The translations under genes were made by a program, and so were the position numbers. From the NCBI GenBank assembly GCA_040383665.1, contig JBEIDC010000005.1, positions 353 through 64,352 on the forward strand: 64,000 bases of DNA, in the 5' to 3' direction. This DNA is from Caulobacter sp. (GTDB lineage Bacteria > Pseudomonadota > Alphaproteobacteria > Caulobacterales > Caulobacteraceae). How positions within the stretch are numbered: the first letter of the stretch is position 1; every line of letters begins with the position of its first letter. The notes beneath the pieces are model-generated. The model saw only the letters and a list, made by a program, of their open reading frames with translations. It did no database searches and was not told where the DNA came from. Shown here piece after piece: positions 1 through 9,301 of the stretch.

Positions 1-2
1 GG

Positions 3-1403
3 CGCAACCGCATCCGGTCGATGGTCGAGACGCGGCCCGACTGGCTGATCAGCCGCCAGCGCGCCTGGGGCGCGCCGCTGGCCATGTTCGTCGACAAGGA
101 GACGGGCGAGCCCTTGCGTGACCAGGCGGTCAACGACCGCATCGTGGCGCTGATGCACGAGGAAGGCGCCGACGCCTGGTTCAACCGCCCGGCCACGGAC
201 TTCCTCGGCGACCACGACCTGGAGAGGTACGAGAAGGTCGAGGACATCCTCGACGTCTGGTTCGACTCCGGTTCGACCCACGCCTTCACGATCGAGGGCC
301 GCGACGACAGCGCCTGGCCGGCCGACCTCTATCTCGAGGGCTCCGACCAGCACCGCGGCTGGTTCCAGTCCTCGCTGCTGGAGTCCTGCGGCACCCGCGG
401 CCGGGCGCCCTACAAGACCCTCGTCACCCACGGCTTCACCCTCGACGAGAATGGACAGAAGATGTCCAAGTCGCTGGGCAACACGGTCGAGCCGCATGTG
501 GTCATCGCTGAGTCCGGGGCCGAGATCCTGCGCCTGTGGACCGCGACGGTGGACTACATGGAGGACCAGCGGATCGGGAAGACGATCCTGGCCACAGTCA
601 CCGACAGCTACCGCAAGCTGCGCAACACCATGCGCTACCTGCTGGGCGCGCTGGACGGCTTCACCGAGGCCGAGCGCGTCGCGCCGGCCGACATGCCGCC
701 GCTGGAGCAGTTCATCCTGCACCGCCTGTGGCAGCTGGATGGCCAGGTGCGCACGGCCTACGAGAACTACCGCTTCAACGAGGTGGTCCGGCCGCTGCTC
801 GACTTCTGCCAGAGCGACCTGTCGGTGTTCTTCTTCGACATCCGCAAGGACAGCCTCTACTGCGACCAGCCCGACAGCCTGAAGCGCCGGGCCTACCGCA
901 CGGTGCTGGACGCCATCTTCGAGCGTCTGACCATCTGGCTCGGCCCGCTGCTCAGCTTCACAATGGAGGAGGCCTGGGCCCAGCGCTTCCCGGACGCCGG
1001 CTCCAACTGCCTGCGGGTGTTCCCGCAGACCCCGGCGGACTGGCGCAACGACGCGGAGTTCGACCGCTGGACGGCGCTCGATGTCGTGGTCTCGGCCGTG
1101 ACCGCCTCGCTGGAAGTCGAACGCCGCGAGAAGCGCATCGGCGCCGCGCTCGAGGCCGCCCCGCGCGTGGAGCTGACGCCGGAGCTGGCTGCCCTGTTCG
1201 ACGGCCTGTCGGCGGCGGAGATCTTCCGCACCAGCGACGTGGAGATGGCGTCGGCCGGCGAGCTGGCCGTGCGTCCGTTCCGCGCTTCGGGCGACAAGTG
1301 CGACCGCTGCTGGCGCATCCTTCCCGAAGTGAAGGCGGCCACCAGGCTCTGCCTGCGCTGCGAGGACGCCGTCGAGGCCTGGGACAAGAGCCGCGCCGCC
1401 TGA
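3..1403 (+). CDS. ileS: Isoleucine--tRNA ligase, C-terminal part (runs off left edge)
   Basis: PDWLISRQRAWG, GSDQHRGWF and KMSKSLGN motifs, C-terminal CDRC..CLRC zinc finger; lspA follows. Confidence 0.97.
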   Translation, partial: RNRIRSMVETRPDWLISRQRAWGAPLAMFVDKETGEPLRDQAVNDRIVALMHEEGADAWFNRPATDFLGDHDLERYEKVEDILDVWFDSGSTHAFTIEGRDDSAWPADLYLEGSDQHRGWFQSSLLESCGTRGRAPYKTLVTHGFTLDENGQKMSKSLGNTVEPHVVIAESGAEILRLWTATVDYMEDQRIGKTILATVTDSYRKLRNTMRYLLGALDGFTEAERVAPADMPPLEQFILHRLWQLDGQVRTAYENYRFNEVVRPLLDFCQSDLSVFFFDIRKDSLYCDQPDSLKRRAYRTVLDAIFERLTIWLGPLLSFTMEEAWAQRFPDAGSNCLRVFPQTPADWRNDAEFDRWTALDVVVSAVTASLEVERREKRIGAALEAAPRVELTPELAALFDGLSAAEIFRTSDVEMASAGELAVRPFRASGDKCDRCWRILPEVKAATRLCLRCEDAVEAWDKSRAA

Positions 1404-1451
1404 TATTTCCCCAAGGGTCCCGGCGCCCGCCGGGTTCCTGTTCCACCCCTG

Positions 1452-2057
1452 TTGGGGCCAGAGGGCCAGAGATTGAGTTCTGAAGACCCGCAAGTCTCGC
1501 AAGCGTCGCATACGCCGGAACCGGCGGCGCCCGCCGCCGCCGCGCCGGTCGTGCTGCAGGGCCCCAAGGCCTTCACCCTGGCGCTGGCGGTGATCGTCGC
1601 CGACCAGATCTCCAAGTTCTGGATTCTGGGCAGCGTGTTTCCGGCCGCCTGTCAGCCCTTCGTGGCCACGCCGGCCTACTACACGCCCTGCAGCATCCCC
1701 GTGTTCGGGCCGCTGAACCTTTCCATGGTCTGGAACCAGGGGGTCAGCTTCGGGCTGTTCCGGGGCGAGGCCGACTGGGTCCGCTGGGTTCTGGTCGCCT
1801 TCTCGCTGTGCGTCGCCGTGGCGCTGGGCGTCTGGGCTCGGCGGATCGACCGGCCGCTGCTGGGCGCGGCGATCGGCCTGATCATGGGCGGGGCGATCGG
1901 CAACCTGATCGACAGGGTGCGGCTGGGGGCGGTGGCCGATTTCCTCGACCTGCAGGCGCTGTATTTCCCCTGGGTGTTCAATATCGCCGACAGCGCCATC
2001 ACCATCGGCGTGGTGCTGCTGCTGCTCGACAGCCTCCGCCGCGACGTGAAGCCGTAA
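1452..2057 (+). CDS. lspA: Lipoprotein signal peptidase II (start uncertain)
   Basis: WNQGVSFG, GAIGNLIDR, VADFL and FNIADSAI motifs; ileS-lspA synteny. Confidence 0.95.
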   Translation: MGPEGQRLSSEDPQVSQASHTPEPAAPAAAAPVVLQGPKAFTLALAVIVADQISKFWILGSVFPAACQPFVATPAYYTPCSIPVFGPLNLSMVWNQGVSFGLFRGEADWVRWVLVAFSLCVAVALGVWARRIDRPLLGAAIGLIMGGAIGNLIDRVRLGAVADFLDLQALYFPWVFNIADSAITIGVVLLLLDSLRRDVKP

Positions 2058-2137
2058 ACGAAGTTGCCGCCCGCCTAACTTTTGGCGTATCCACCTCGTC
2101 TGACTGAGGCCGGGGCGGCCTTTAGGAGCTAGGCTCG

Positions 2138-2695
2138 ATGATCTCTACCCGCGTTATGTGCGTGGTTGCGTTGACGGCGGCGACCGGACTTGGCGGATGC
2201 CAGTCGGCGAGCCGCGCCATGGGTATGACCAAGGTGACGCCGGATGAGTTCCGGGTCGTGACCAAGGCGCCGCTGGTGGTTCCGCCGGAGTATGCGCTGC
2301 GTCCGCCGGCGCCGGGCGAGCCCCGTCCGCAGGAACTGCAGCCGGAAAGCGCCGCCCGCGCTGCACTGGCCGGCCAGGCCGCCAGCGCCCAGCGTTCGGA
2401 CGGCGAACGCCTGCTGGTCGCACGCTCGGGCGCCGACCGGGCCGACCCGCTGATTCGCTACGTCGTCGATGACGAGTTCGGCGACCTTGCTCACAAGGAC
2501 AAGTCCTTCGCCGACCGCGTCATGTTCTGGCGCAAGGACGCGCCCGCCGCGCCGGCCCCGACGGCCGACGGCGCCTCGCCGCCGGTTCTGGTTGACGCCG
2601 CCGCCGAGGAAGCCCGCCTCAAGGGCCTGACCGGCGGCAAGACCGTGATCATCGCCCGCGACAAGGGCAGCTGGGTCAAGCTGCCGGGGCTGTAG
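2138..2695 (+). CDS. DUF3035-family lipoprotein
   Basis: Lipobox-like LGGC; PDEFRVVTKAPLVVPPEYALRPPAPG signature. Confidence 0.8.
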   Translation: MISTRVMCVVALTAATGLGGCQSASRAMGMTKVTPDEFRVVTKAPLVVPPEYALRPPAPGEPRPQELQPESAARAALAGQAASAQRSDGERLLVARSGADRADPLIRYVVDDEFGDLAHKDKSFADRVMFWRKDAPAAPAPTADGASPPVLVDAAAEEARLKGLTGGKTVIIARDKGSWVKLPGL

Positions 2696-2705
2696 GCTCC
2701 AGATC

Positions 2706-2831
2706 CGTCATGGCCCGACTTGTTCGGGCCACCCATGAACACGGACGAAATTCGGAAGGGCGCGGTCAACACCGCGCCTTTTTCGTTTGGCTCACCACGC
2801 TTGGGTGGCCCGGACGTGCCGGGCCATGACG
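2706..2831. repeat. CGTC-tagged REP doublet, family A, copy 1
   Basis: cgtcatggcccgacttgttcgggccacccatg at 2706 with inverted partner at 2802-2831; recurs at 18644 and 33609. Confidence 0.9.
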
Positions 2832-2882
2832 GTGAGTGGGGGCGGTTCGGCATTCCGCCCTGAATCGCCCTACATTGGCCCC

Positions 2883-4752
2883 ATGCCCATCCGCCGCCTG
2901 CCTCCGGAGACCGTCAACCGCATCGCCGCCGGCGAGGTGGTCGAGCGGCCGGCCAGCGCGATCAAGGAGCTGGTCGAGAACGCGCTGGACGCCGGCGCCG
3001 CCCGCATCGAGGTCGAGGCTGACAACGGCGGGCTGACCCGCATCCTGATCAGCGACGACGGCTCCGGCATGGACGCCGACGAACTGGCCCTGGCCGTCGA
3101 GCGCCACGCGACGTCCAAGCTGGCCCCGCTGCCGGACGGCAGCTGGGACCTGCTCAACATCCACACCATGGGCTTTCGCGGCGAGGCGCTGCCCTCGATC
3201 GGTTCGGTGGCGCGGCTGTCGATCGCCAGCCGCCCGCGCGGCGGCGGCGCGGCCCACGCCATCCTGGTCGAGGGCGGGGCGGTCGGCCCGGTCGGCCCGG
3301 CCCCCCTTCGCCGGCCCGCACGGCGCCCGGGTCGAGGTCCGCGACCTGTTCTACGCCACGCCCGCCCGGCTGAAGTTCATGAAGTCGGCGCGGTCGGAGC
3401 AGATGGCCATCGCCGAGGAGCTCAAGCGCCAGGCCATGGCGCACGAGGCGGTGGCCTTCACCCTCGATCTAGACGGCCGCCGCGTGCTGCGGCTTTCGGC
3501 CGAACATCCGGGCGCGGAGGGGCGGCTGGCCCGCCTGTCGGCCGTGCTCGGCCGCGAGTTCCAGGACAACGCCCTCGAGATCGACCACGAGCGGGACGGC
3601 GTCCGCCTGACCGGCTTCGCGGGCCTGCCGACCTACAACCGCGGCAACGCCGCCCATCAGTACCTGTTCGTCAATGGCCGCCCGGTGCGCGACCGGCTGC
3701 TGCAGGGGGCCCTGCGCGCCGCCTATGCCGACTACCTGGCCCGCGACCGCCATCCGACGGCGGCCCTCTATATCGAGCTCGACACCGCCTACGTCGACGT
3801 CAACGTCCACCCGGCCAAGGCCGAGGTGCGGTTCCGTGATCCGGCGCTGGTCCGTGGGCTGATCGTCGGCGGCCTGCGTCACTCGCTCGCCGGGGCCGGG
3901 CACAGGGCCTCGACCACGGCGGCCGGGGCGGCGCTGGCCGGCTTCCGGCCGCAGACCTACGCGCCCGGACCGTCCGCCGCCGGCTTCTCCGCCTGGCAGA
4001 CTGGCGGCTGGCAGCCGTCGTCAGCGCAGCCGCTGCCGGGCATGAATGAGGTTTCGGCCCGCGTCGAGCCGGGGTTCGCCATGGCCGGCCCCGGGCTGGC
4101 GGAGGCCGTCAGCGCCGTCTTCGACGCCCCGCCGCCGCCGATGGCCGACGGCCGGGTCATCGACCCCGTCGACTTCCCGCTCGGCGCCGCCAGGGCGCAG
4201 GTGCACGAGACCTATGTCGTGGCCCAGACCCGCGACGGCATCGTCATCGTCGACCAGCACGCCGCCCACGAGCGGCTGGTCTATGAGCGGATGAAGCACG
4301 AGATGGAGGCCGGCGGCGTCACCCGCCAGACCCTGCTGCTGCCCGAGGTGGTCGAGCTGGACCCTGCCGAAGCGGAACGGGTCATCGCCCGCGCCGACGA
4401 GCTGGCCGCCCTGGGTCTGGTCATCGAGCCGTTCGGCCCCGGCGCTGTGCTGGTCCGCGAGACGCCGGCCCTGCTGGGCGAGACCGATGCGGCCGGACTG
4501 TTGCGCGACATCGCCGACGACCTGTCGGAGAACGGACAGGCCCTGGCCCTGCGCGAACGGCTGGAGGAGGTCTGCTCGACCATGGCCTGCCACGGCTCGG
4601 TTCGCGCCGGCCGCCGCCTGACCGCCGCCGAGATGAACGCCCTCCTGCGCGAGATGGAGGCCACCCCGCACTCCGGCCAGTGCAACCACGGTCGCCCCAC
4701 CTATGTCGAACTCAAGCTGGCCGATATCGAGCGGCTGTTCGGGCGACGGTAG
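2883..4752 (+). pseudogene. mutL: DNA mismatch repair protein MutL, +1 frameshift in C6 run at 3301-3306 (may be a sequencing error)
   Basis: N-terminus [33 protein letters not shown] and GFRGEAL in one frame; [12 protein letters not shown] through CNHGRPT in the next; length 1870 = 3n+1. Confidence 0.95.
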
Positions 4753-4980
4753 GGGTGAGTGATCCGGCCGACCTGTGGCCGCCGCGCCATAGTCTGATCA
4801 GGCCAGGTCGGCTAAAACTGACTCGTCCAACCGCGAGGCATCATGCTTCCCAATGTGATCGAGGCCCGGGCCTGACGGTCTGACCTTCAAAGGTCCGACT
4901 GTCGCGAGCGCCCGATGAACCGCCCGCCCCTGTCGAGACAGGGGCGCGACGTCTCACGCCTCGAACACGGACTTCCTCAG

Positions 4981-5259
4981 GTGAACATCTCCAAACCGCA
5001 GCAGCGCACGCTGCACGCGCTCGCCCAGGGCGGCGCGATCATCCTCGAGCGCGACGAGGATACCGGCGACATCATCGGCGCCGACTGCATCACCCGCGAC
5101 GGCTGGCGGCTCAGCGACTGCACGCTGGACGTCTTCCGCTCGCTCAAGCGCCGTCGCTTCATCGCCAGTTCGGGCGGCGGGCCCTACCGGATCACCCGGG
5201 ACGGCCTGCTCAGTCTGCGCTCACAGCTCGACAACCGGGTTACGGTGAAACGTCTCTAG
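4981..5259 (+). CDS. YjhX (UPF0386/TopAI-like) family toxin
   Basis: GTG start; [18 protein letters not shown]...CITRDGW...[22 protein letters not shown] pattern of YjhX. Confidence 0.8.
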   Translation: MNISKPQQRTLHALAQGGAIILERDEDTGDIIGADCITRDGWRLSDCTLDVFRSLKRRRFIASSGGGPYRITRDGLLSLRSQLDNRVTVKRL

Positions 5260-5314
5260 CCGGCCGACCAGCCGGACCCGCACGGCATGGCGCCGCGCGG
5301 GTCCTTCTGGCGGT

Positions 5315-6526
5315 CTAGTCGCGGCGTTGGGCGCGGATGCGTTGGCTCAGCATATCGAAGCGCCGGTCCAGATCATCGCGCTCGGCGGCGGTCAGGCCGT
5401 TGCGGCGGTAGTCGGCCTCCATCCGCGCAAGCACCTGGAAGTCGGCGCGGAGCTGGTCGGCCTCGTTCCGCGACAGCGAGCCGTCGCGGACCCCGGCGTC
5501 CATGCGGGCGTCGAGGTTGGTCTGACGCTGGTTGATGGAGGTCCAGGACCCGTCGTCATCCCGACGGTCGTCGCGGATGCGGGCGCTCAGCAGATCGAAG
5601 CGACGGTCGAGATCGGCGCGCTCGGCGGCGGTCAGGCCATTGCGGCGGTAGGTCGTTTCAAGCCGCGCCAGCGTCCGCAGGTCAGTGCGCAGGCGGCTGG
5701 CCTCGGCCTGGCTCAGCGAGCGGTCGCGGAGGCCGGCGGTGATGCGGGCCTCAAGGTTGGCCTGACGCTGATTGATCGAGGTCCAGTCGGCCTGGTCATC
5801 CCGCCGATCAGGCTGGATCCGCAGGCTCAGGCTGTCGAAGCGGCGGTCGAGATCGGCCCGCTCGTCGTTGGACAGGCCGCCATAGTTGTAGCGACGCTCG
5901 AGGCTGAAAAGCGAGGTGAGGTCGCGGCGAAGGGTGGTGACCTGGTTGCGAGTCAGGGTGCCGTTGCGCTCGCCCTGGACGATGCGGCGTTCCAGCCACT
6001 CGCCGCGACGGCTGATCGACACCCATTGGTCGCGCGAGGCGCCGTAGCCCCAGCCCTGCTCGCCGAAGCGGGGATCGTAGCGGGGATCGCCGTAGCCGGT
6101 CTCGCCCCAGGCCGGATAGCGCGCGCCCGGCTGATAGAGGTAGCGACCGTCATCCCCGCCCAGCAGCACGCCGGCGATGGCCCCGATGATGGCGCCCGGC
6201 AGTCCCCCGGACTGGCCGGACGACGAACCCGACCGTTCGATGTAGGCGCCCGCGCGCCCTTCGGCGCCGACGCAGGACAGCACGCCATCGCGGTTGCCAA
6301 GGTCAGAGCGGCAGTAGGGGGCGTAGATCGAGCTCCAGCGATAGCGGCCGTCATTGGCCCGGCAGACGGCGGTGATGTAGCCGCTGTCCAGCGACTGTAC
6401 GTCTTCGCAGGAATTGCCGAGGCTCTGGGCCGGCGACATGCGGTAGCCCGACTGGGCGGCGGCCTGGGAGCCGGCGAAGGTCAGGGCGCCGGCGGCGATG
6501 GCGGCCAGCAGGTGGGTCTTGGTCAT
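5315..6526 (-). CDS. Secreted protein: CVNH-like Cys domain, glycine-rich linker, three ~75-aa tandem repeats
   Basis: Signal peptide; SCEDV...AVC...YCRSDLGNRDGVLSC; repeats WxSINQRQxNLxARxxAGxRDxSLS...GLTAAERxDLDRRFD. Confidence 0.8.
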   Translation of the reverse strand: MTKTHLLAAIAAGALTFAGSQAAAQSGYRMSPAQSLGNSCEDVQSLDSGYITAVCRANDGRYRWSSIYAPYCRSDLGNRDGVLSCVGAEGRAGAYIERSGSSSGQSGGLPGAIIGAIAGVLLGGDDGRYLYQPGARYPAWGETGYGDPRYDPRFGEQGWGYGASRDQWVSISRRGEWLERRIVQGERNGTLTRNQVTTLRRDLTSLFSLERRYNYGGLSNDERADLDRRFDSLSLRIQPDRRDDQADWTSINQRQANLEARITAGLRDRSLSQAEASRLRTDLRTLARLETTYRRNGLTAAERADLDRRFDLLSARIRDDRRDDDGSWTSINQRQTNLDARMDAGVRDGSLSRNEADQLRADFQVLARMEADYRRNGLTAAERDDLDRRFDMLSQRIRAQRRD

Positions 6527-6637
6527 TGGGGACTCTCCAGATCGGCGCCGCGGGCGCGAACGATCGCGCGGGCTGCCCTGGATCCGCCGGAAGGGCGGGA
6601 CACCGGGCGTGGCTGCCGTCGAAACGGCCTGGAGCTG

Positions 6638-7231
6638 TTAAGGTTGCGCGGGGGCCGGAGCGGGGTCTGCGTCAAGCCGCAGGAAGCTGACCCGCGCGGC
6701 GCCGTAATCCCGCGTGTCCAGCACCGTGTAGCCCGGCGCCGAAAGGTCGGCCTCGTCGCTGCCGCGCTCGACCAGCACCAGGGCGCCGGGCTTCAGCCAG
6801 CCGCCTTCGGCCAGGCCCGCCAGCGCCCGCTCGGCAAGGCCCTTGCGGTAGGGCGGGTCCAGGAAGGCCATGTCGAAGGGCTCGCCGGCGCTGGCCGGGC
6901 GCGGGCCGAGGTCCGTGGCGTCGCGGCGATGGATTCGGGTGGCGCCGAACAGGCCCAGGGCGTCGATATTCTCGCGGATCGCGCCGCGCGCCGCCTCGTC
7001 GGTTTCCACGAACAGGCAGAAGGCCGCGCCGCGCGAGATGGCCTCGAAGCCCAGGGCGCCCGACCCGGCGAACAGGTCCATGATCCGCTTGCCCTGCAGC
7101 TCCGGCGCCCAGGCGGCGTGCTCGAGAATATTGAAGACGGCCTGCCGCGCGCGATCGGAGGTCGGCCGCGTGCCCTGGCCGTCGGGCGTGATGAGGTTGC
7201 GGCCCCTCAGGCCGCCGGAAACGATACGCAA
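6638..7231 (-). CDS. rsmD: 16S rRNA m2G966 methyltransferase RsmD
   Basis: MRIVSGGLRGR, TRPTSDRARQAVFNIL, DLFAGSGALG and FLDPPY motifs; TTG start. Confidence 0.95.
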   Translation of the reverse strand: MRIVSGGLRGRNLITPDGQGTRPTSDRARQAVFNILEHAAWAPELQGKRIMDLFAGSGALGFEAISRGAAFCLFVETDEAARGAIRENIDALGLFGATRIHRRDATDLGPRPASAGEPFDMAFLDPPYRKGLAERALAGLAEGGWLKPGALVLVERGSDEADLSAPGYTVLDTRDYGAARVSFLRLDADPAPAPAQP

Positions 7232-7235
7232 GGGC

Positions 7236-7880
7236 TCAACTCCACCGCAGCGGCGGCGCCTGCTCCTTGAGTCGCAGCAGGGCGTCGCGCAGCCCGTCCA
7301 TAAACTCCGTGCGTCGCCCGTGCCAGTGCAACGGCTCGCCGACCAGCACCGCGCAGTTCATCGGCACCGGGATCATCTCGCCCTTGGGCAGGACCCGGCC
7401 GGCGCCCTGGATCCAGACTGGCGTCACCGGCGCTTCGGGAAAGGCCTCGGCCAGACGGGCGACGCCGCTCTTGAGGCGCGCCATCTCGTCGGTGGCGTCG
7501 CCGCGCGTGCCTTCCGGAAAGACGACGATGATGTCGCCGGCCGCCAGCGCCTCGCGGGCCGGGGCCAGCACGTCCTCGCCGCTGGCCACCCTGTCCCGCG
7601 CCACCGGCACGATGCCGATCATGTGGCGCGAGAACCAGCCGATCACCGGATCCTTCAGGAAATAGTCCGCCGCCGCCGCCGGCCGCACCCGCATCACCGC
7701 GCGCGAGGGGAAGATGCTGAGCAGCAGCAGGGTGTCCATGTGGCTGTTGTGGTTGGCTGCCACGATGGCGGGCCCCTTCAGCGGCAGGTGCTCGCGTCCG
7801 GTGACATCGGCTCCGGTCATGAACCGGGCGATCGGCCGCACGATCAGCAGCAGCAGCAGCCATCGCAGCAAGCGGATCAT
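7236..7880 (-). CDS. Lysophospholipid acyltransferase (PlsC-like)
   Basis: ANHNSHMD and VFPEGTRG motifs; ATG overlaps the upstream TGA. Confidence 0.9.
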   Translation of the reverse strand: MIRLLRWLLLLLIVRPIARFMTGADVTGREHLPLKGPAIVAANHNSHMDTLLLLSIFPSRAVMRVRPAAAADYFLKDPVIGWFSRHMIGIVPVARDRVASGEDVLAPAREALAAGDIIVVFPEGTRGDATDEMARLKSGVARLAEAFPEAPVTPVWIQGAGRVLPKGEMIPVPMNCAVLVGEPLHWHGRRTEFMDGLRDALLRLKEQAPPLRWS

Positions 7881-8842
7881 CAGAACGTCTCCAGCGCGAA
7901 AAAGGCCAGGAGGTGGAAGTAGATCGGCGCGGTGAAGGTCAGGCTGTCGATACGGTCCAGGATGCCGCCGTGGCCGGGGATCAGGTGCGAGGTGTCCTTG
8001 ACCCCGATGTCGCGCTTGATGGCGCTCATCGTCACGTCCCCGGCGAAGCCCGCCACCGGCAGCACTACCGCCACGATCGCCAGCCCCAGCCCCTCCAGCG
8101 GCGTGAAGAGCGGCCCTGTGAACCAAATGAGAGCGGCGGTCGTGGCCCAGCCGCCGAGGAAGCCCTCCCAGGTCTTGTTGGGACTGACCTTGGGAATGAT
8201 CTTGTGGCGGCCGAAGAGCTTGCCCCAGACGTACTGGGCCACGTCGTTGAACTCGGTCGCGACCAGCAGGAAGAACACCAGCCCCGCCGCTCCGGCCGGC
8301 AGGTCGACGTCCGATGTTCGCATCAGGAAGGCGACGTAGCCGATGTTGTAGATGCAGGTCATCAGACCCCAGTGGAACATCGCCACACTGGACAGATAGC
8401 CGCGTGTCTGGCCGATCACCGCCATCAGGTACGGCGTGATCAGGAAGGCGTAGACCGGGATCAGCACCAGGTAGATGCCGTAGATGTCCAGCGCCACGAA
8501 GGCGTAGTTGACCGGGATCGACAGATAGGCGGCCAGGATGATCAGCCGGTCCTCGCGCCGCGTGGGGGCCAGCGACAGGAACTCGCGCAGGGCGATGAAC
8601 GACACGACCATGAACAGCAGGGTGGTCGCCTGCCAGCCGGCCAGCAGCGCCGCGGACAGCAAGCCGATCATGACCACCCAGCTGGCGATCCGCTGGCGCA
8701 GCTCGGTGTAGTCCTTGTCGCGTCGGGTCACGGTCAGCAGGGCGGCGATGACCGCGCCCAGGACCAGGATGCCGCCAACTCCGGCCAGCCCCCACATCAG
8801 GGCCGGCGGCTGGGCCGTCAGGAAGCGCGTGATGATGTCCAA
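7880..8842 (-). CDS. Phosphatidate cytidylyltransferase, YnbB-like paralog
   Basis: NDVAQYVWGKLFGRHKIIPKVSPNKTWEG and SAIKRDIGVKD...PGHGGILDRIDS motifs; multi-TM. Confidence 0.92.
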   Translation of the reverse strand: MDIITRFLTAQPPALMWGLAGVGGILVLGAVIAALLTVTRRDKDYTELRQRIASWVVMIGLLSAALLAGWQATTLLFMVVSFIALREFLSLAPTRREDRLIILAAYLSIPVNYAFVALDIYGIYLVLIPVYAFLITPYLMAVIGQTRGYLSSVAMFHWGLMTCIYNIGYVAFLMRTSDVDLPAGAAGLVFFLLVATEFNDVAQYVWGKLFGRHKIIPKVSPNKTWEGFLGGWATTAALIWFTGPLFTPLEGLGLAIVAVVLPVAGFAGDVTMSAIKRDIGVKDTSHLIPGHGGILDRIDSLTFTAPIYFHLLAFFALETF

Positions 8843-8917
8843 GCCTCGACCCCGCCGGTGAACCGCACCGCCGAACGGAGGTTGCCGAGCGCGGCGTTCC
8901 GGTCAAGGCTCCGTCGT

Positions 8918-9301
8918 ATGGAACGCCTTCTGAAATCGAGCCCGGTCCATATCGCCTTCGGCTTTCTGGCCATGGGCGGCTGGGCGCTGTTCGCCAACCG
9001 CGACCACGGCCTGGCGGGGGCCTGGCTGCCGGCGCTGGTCCAGGGGACTCTCTCCGGCGCGCTGACCGGGGTGCTGAAGAAGACGCTGGAGGCCCTGGAC
9101 GGGCTGCTGCGGGGGGCGATGGCCTGGGCCGTTCCGCCGGCCATCACCGCCGGCTCGATCCTGGCCCTGCTCTCCCTCGTTCACACCGCCATCGGCACGC
9201 CGGAGGTGATCGCCACCATCGCCGTGCCCTGGTCGGTCTCGACCCTGTACGCCATCGTCTACAACGCCGGCCTCGTCCGGGCCCGCCGGAACGCCGCATG
9301 A
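8918..9301 (+). CDS. Small hypothetical membrane protein
   Basis: 127-aa hydrophobic ORF, TGA overlaps next ATG. Confidence 0.7.
   Translation: MERLLKSSPVHIAFGFLAMGGWALFANRDHGLAGAWLPALVQGTLSGALTGVLKKTLEALDGLLRGAMAWAVPPAITAGSILALLSLVHTAIGTPEVIATIAVPWSVSTLYAIVYNAGLVRARRNAA

Noticed and set aside
1395-1403. C-terminal Ala-Ala ClpX degron on IleS (also NUDIX, BdhA, NMO, cytochrome b561)
   Set aside because: AA endings are frequent in Ala-rich high-GC proteomes; too common here to be informative
5330-6030. DNA-level tandem repeats as a possible CRISPR array
   Set aside because: Units are about 220 bp, in-frame protein repeats without spacers; no cas genes
5327-7270. 647-aa plus-strand ORF and the many other long overlapping ORFs (e.g. 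9855-12638, 19299-21140, 26398-28344, 54569-56251, 59290-61002)
   Set aside because: Antisense or off-frame shadows of recognisable genes, expected at this GC content; no motifs
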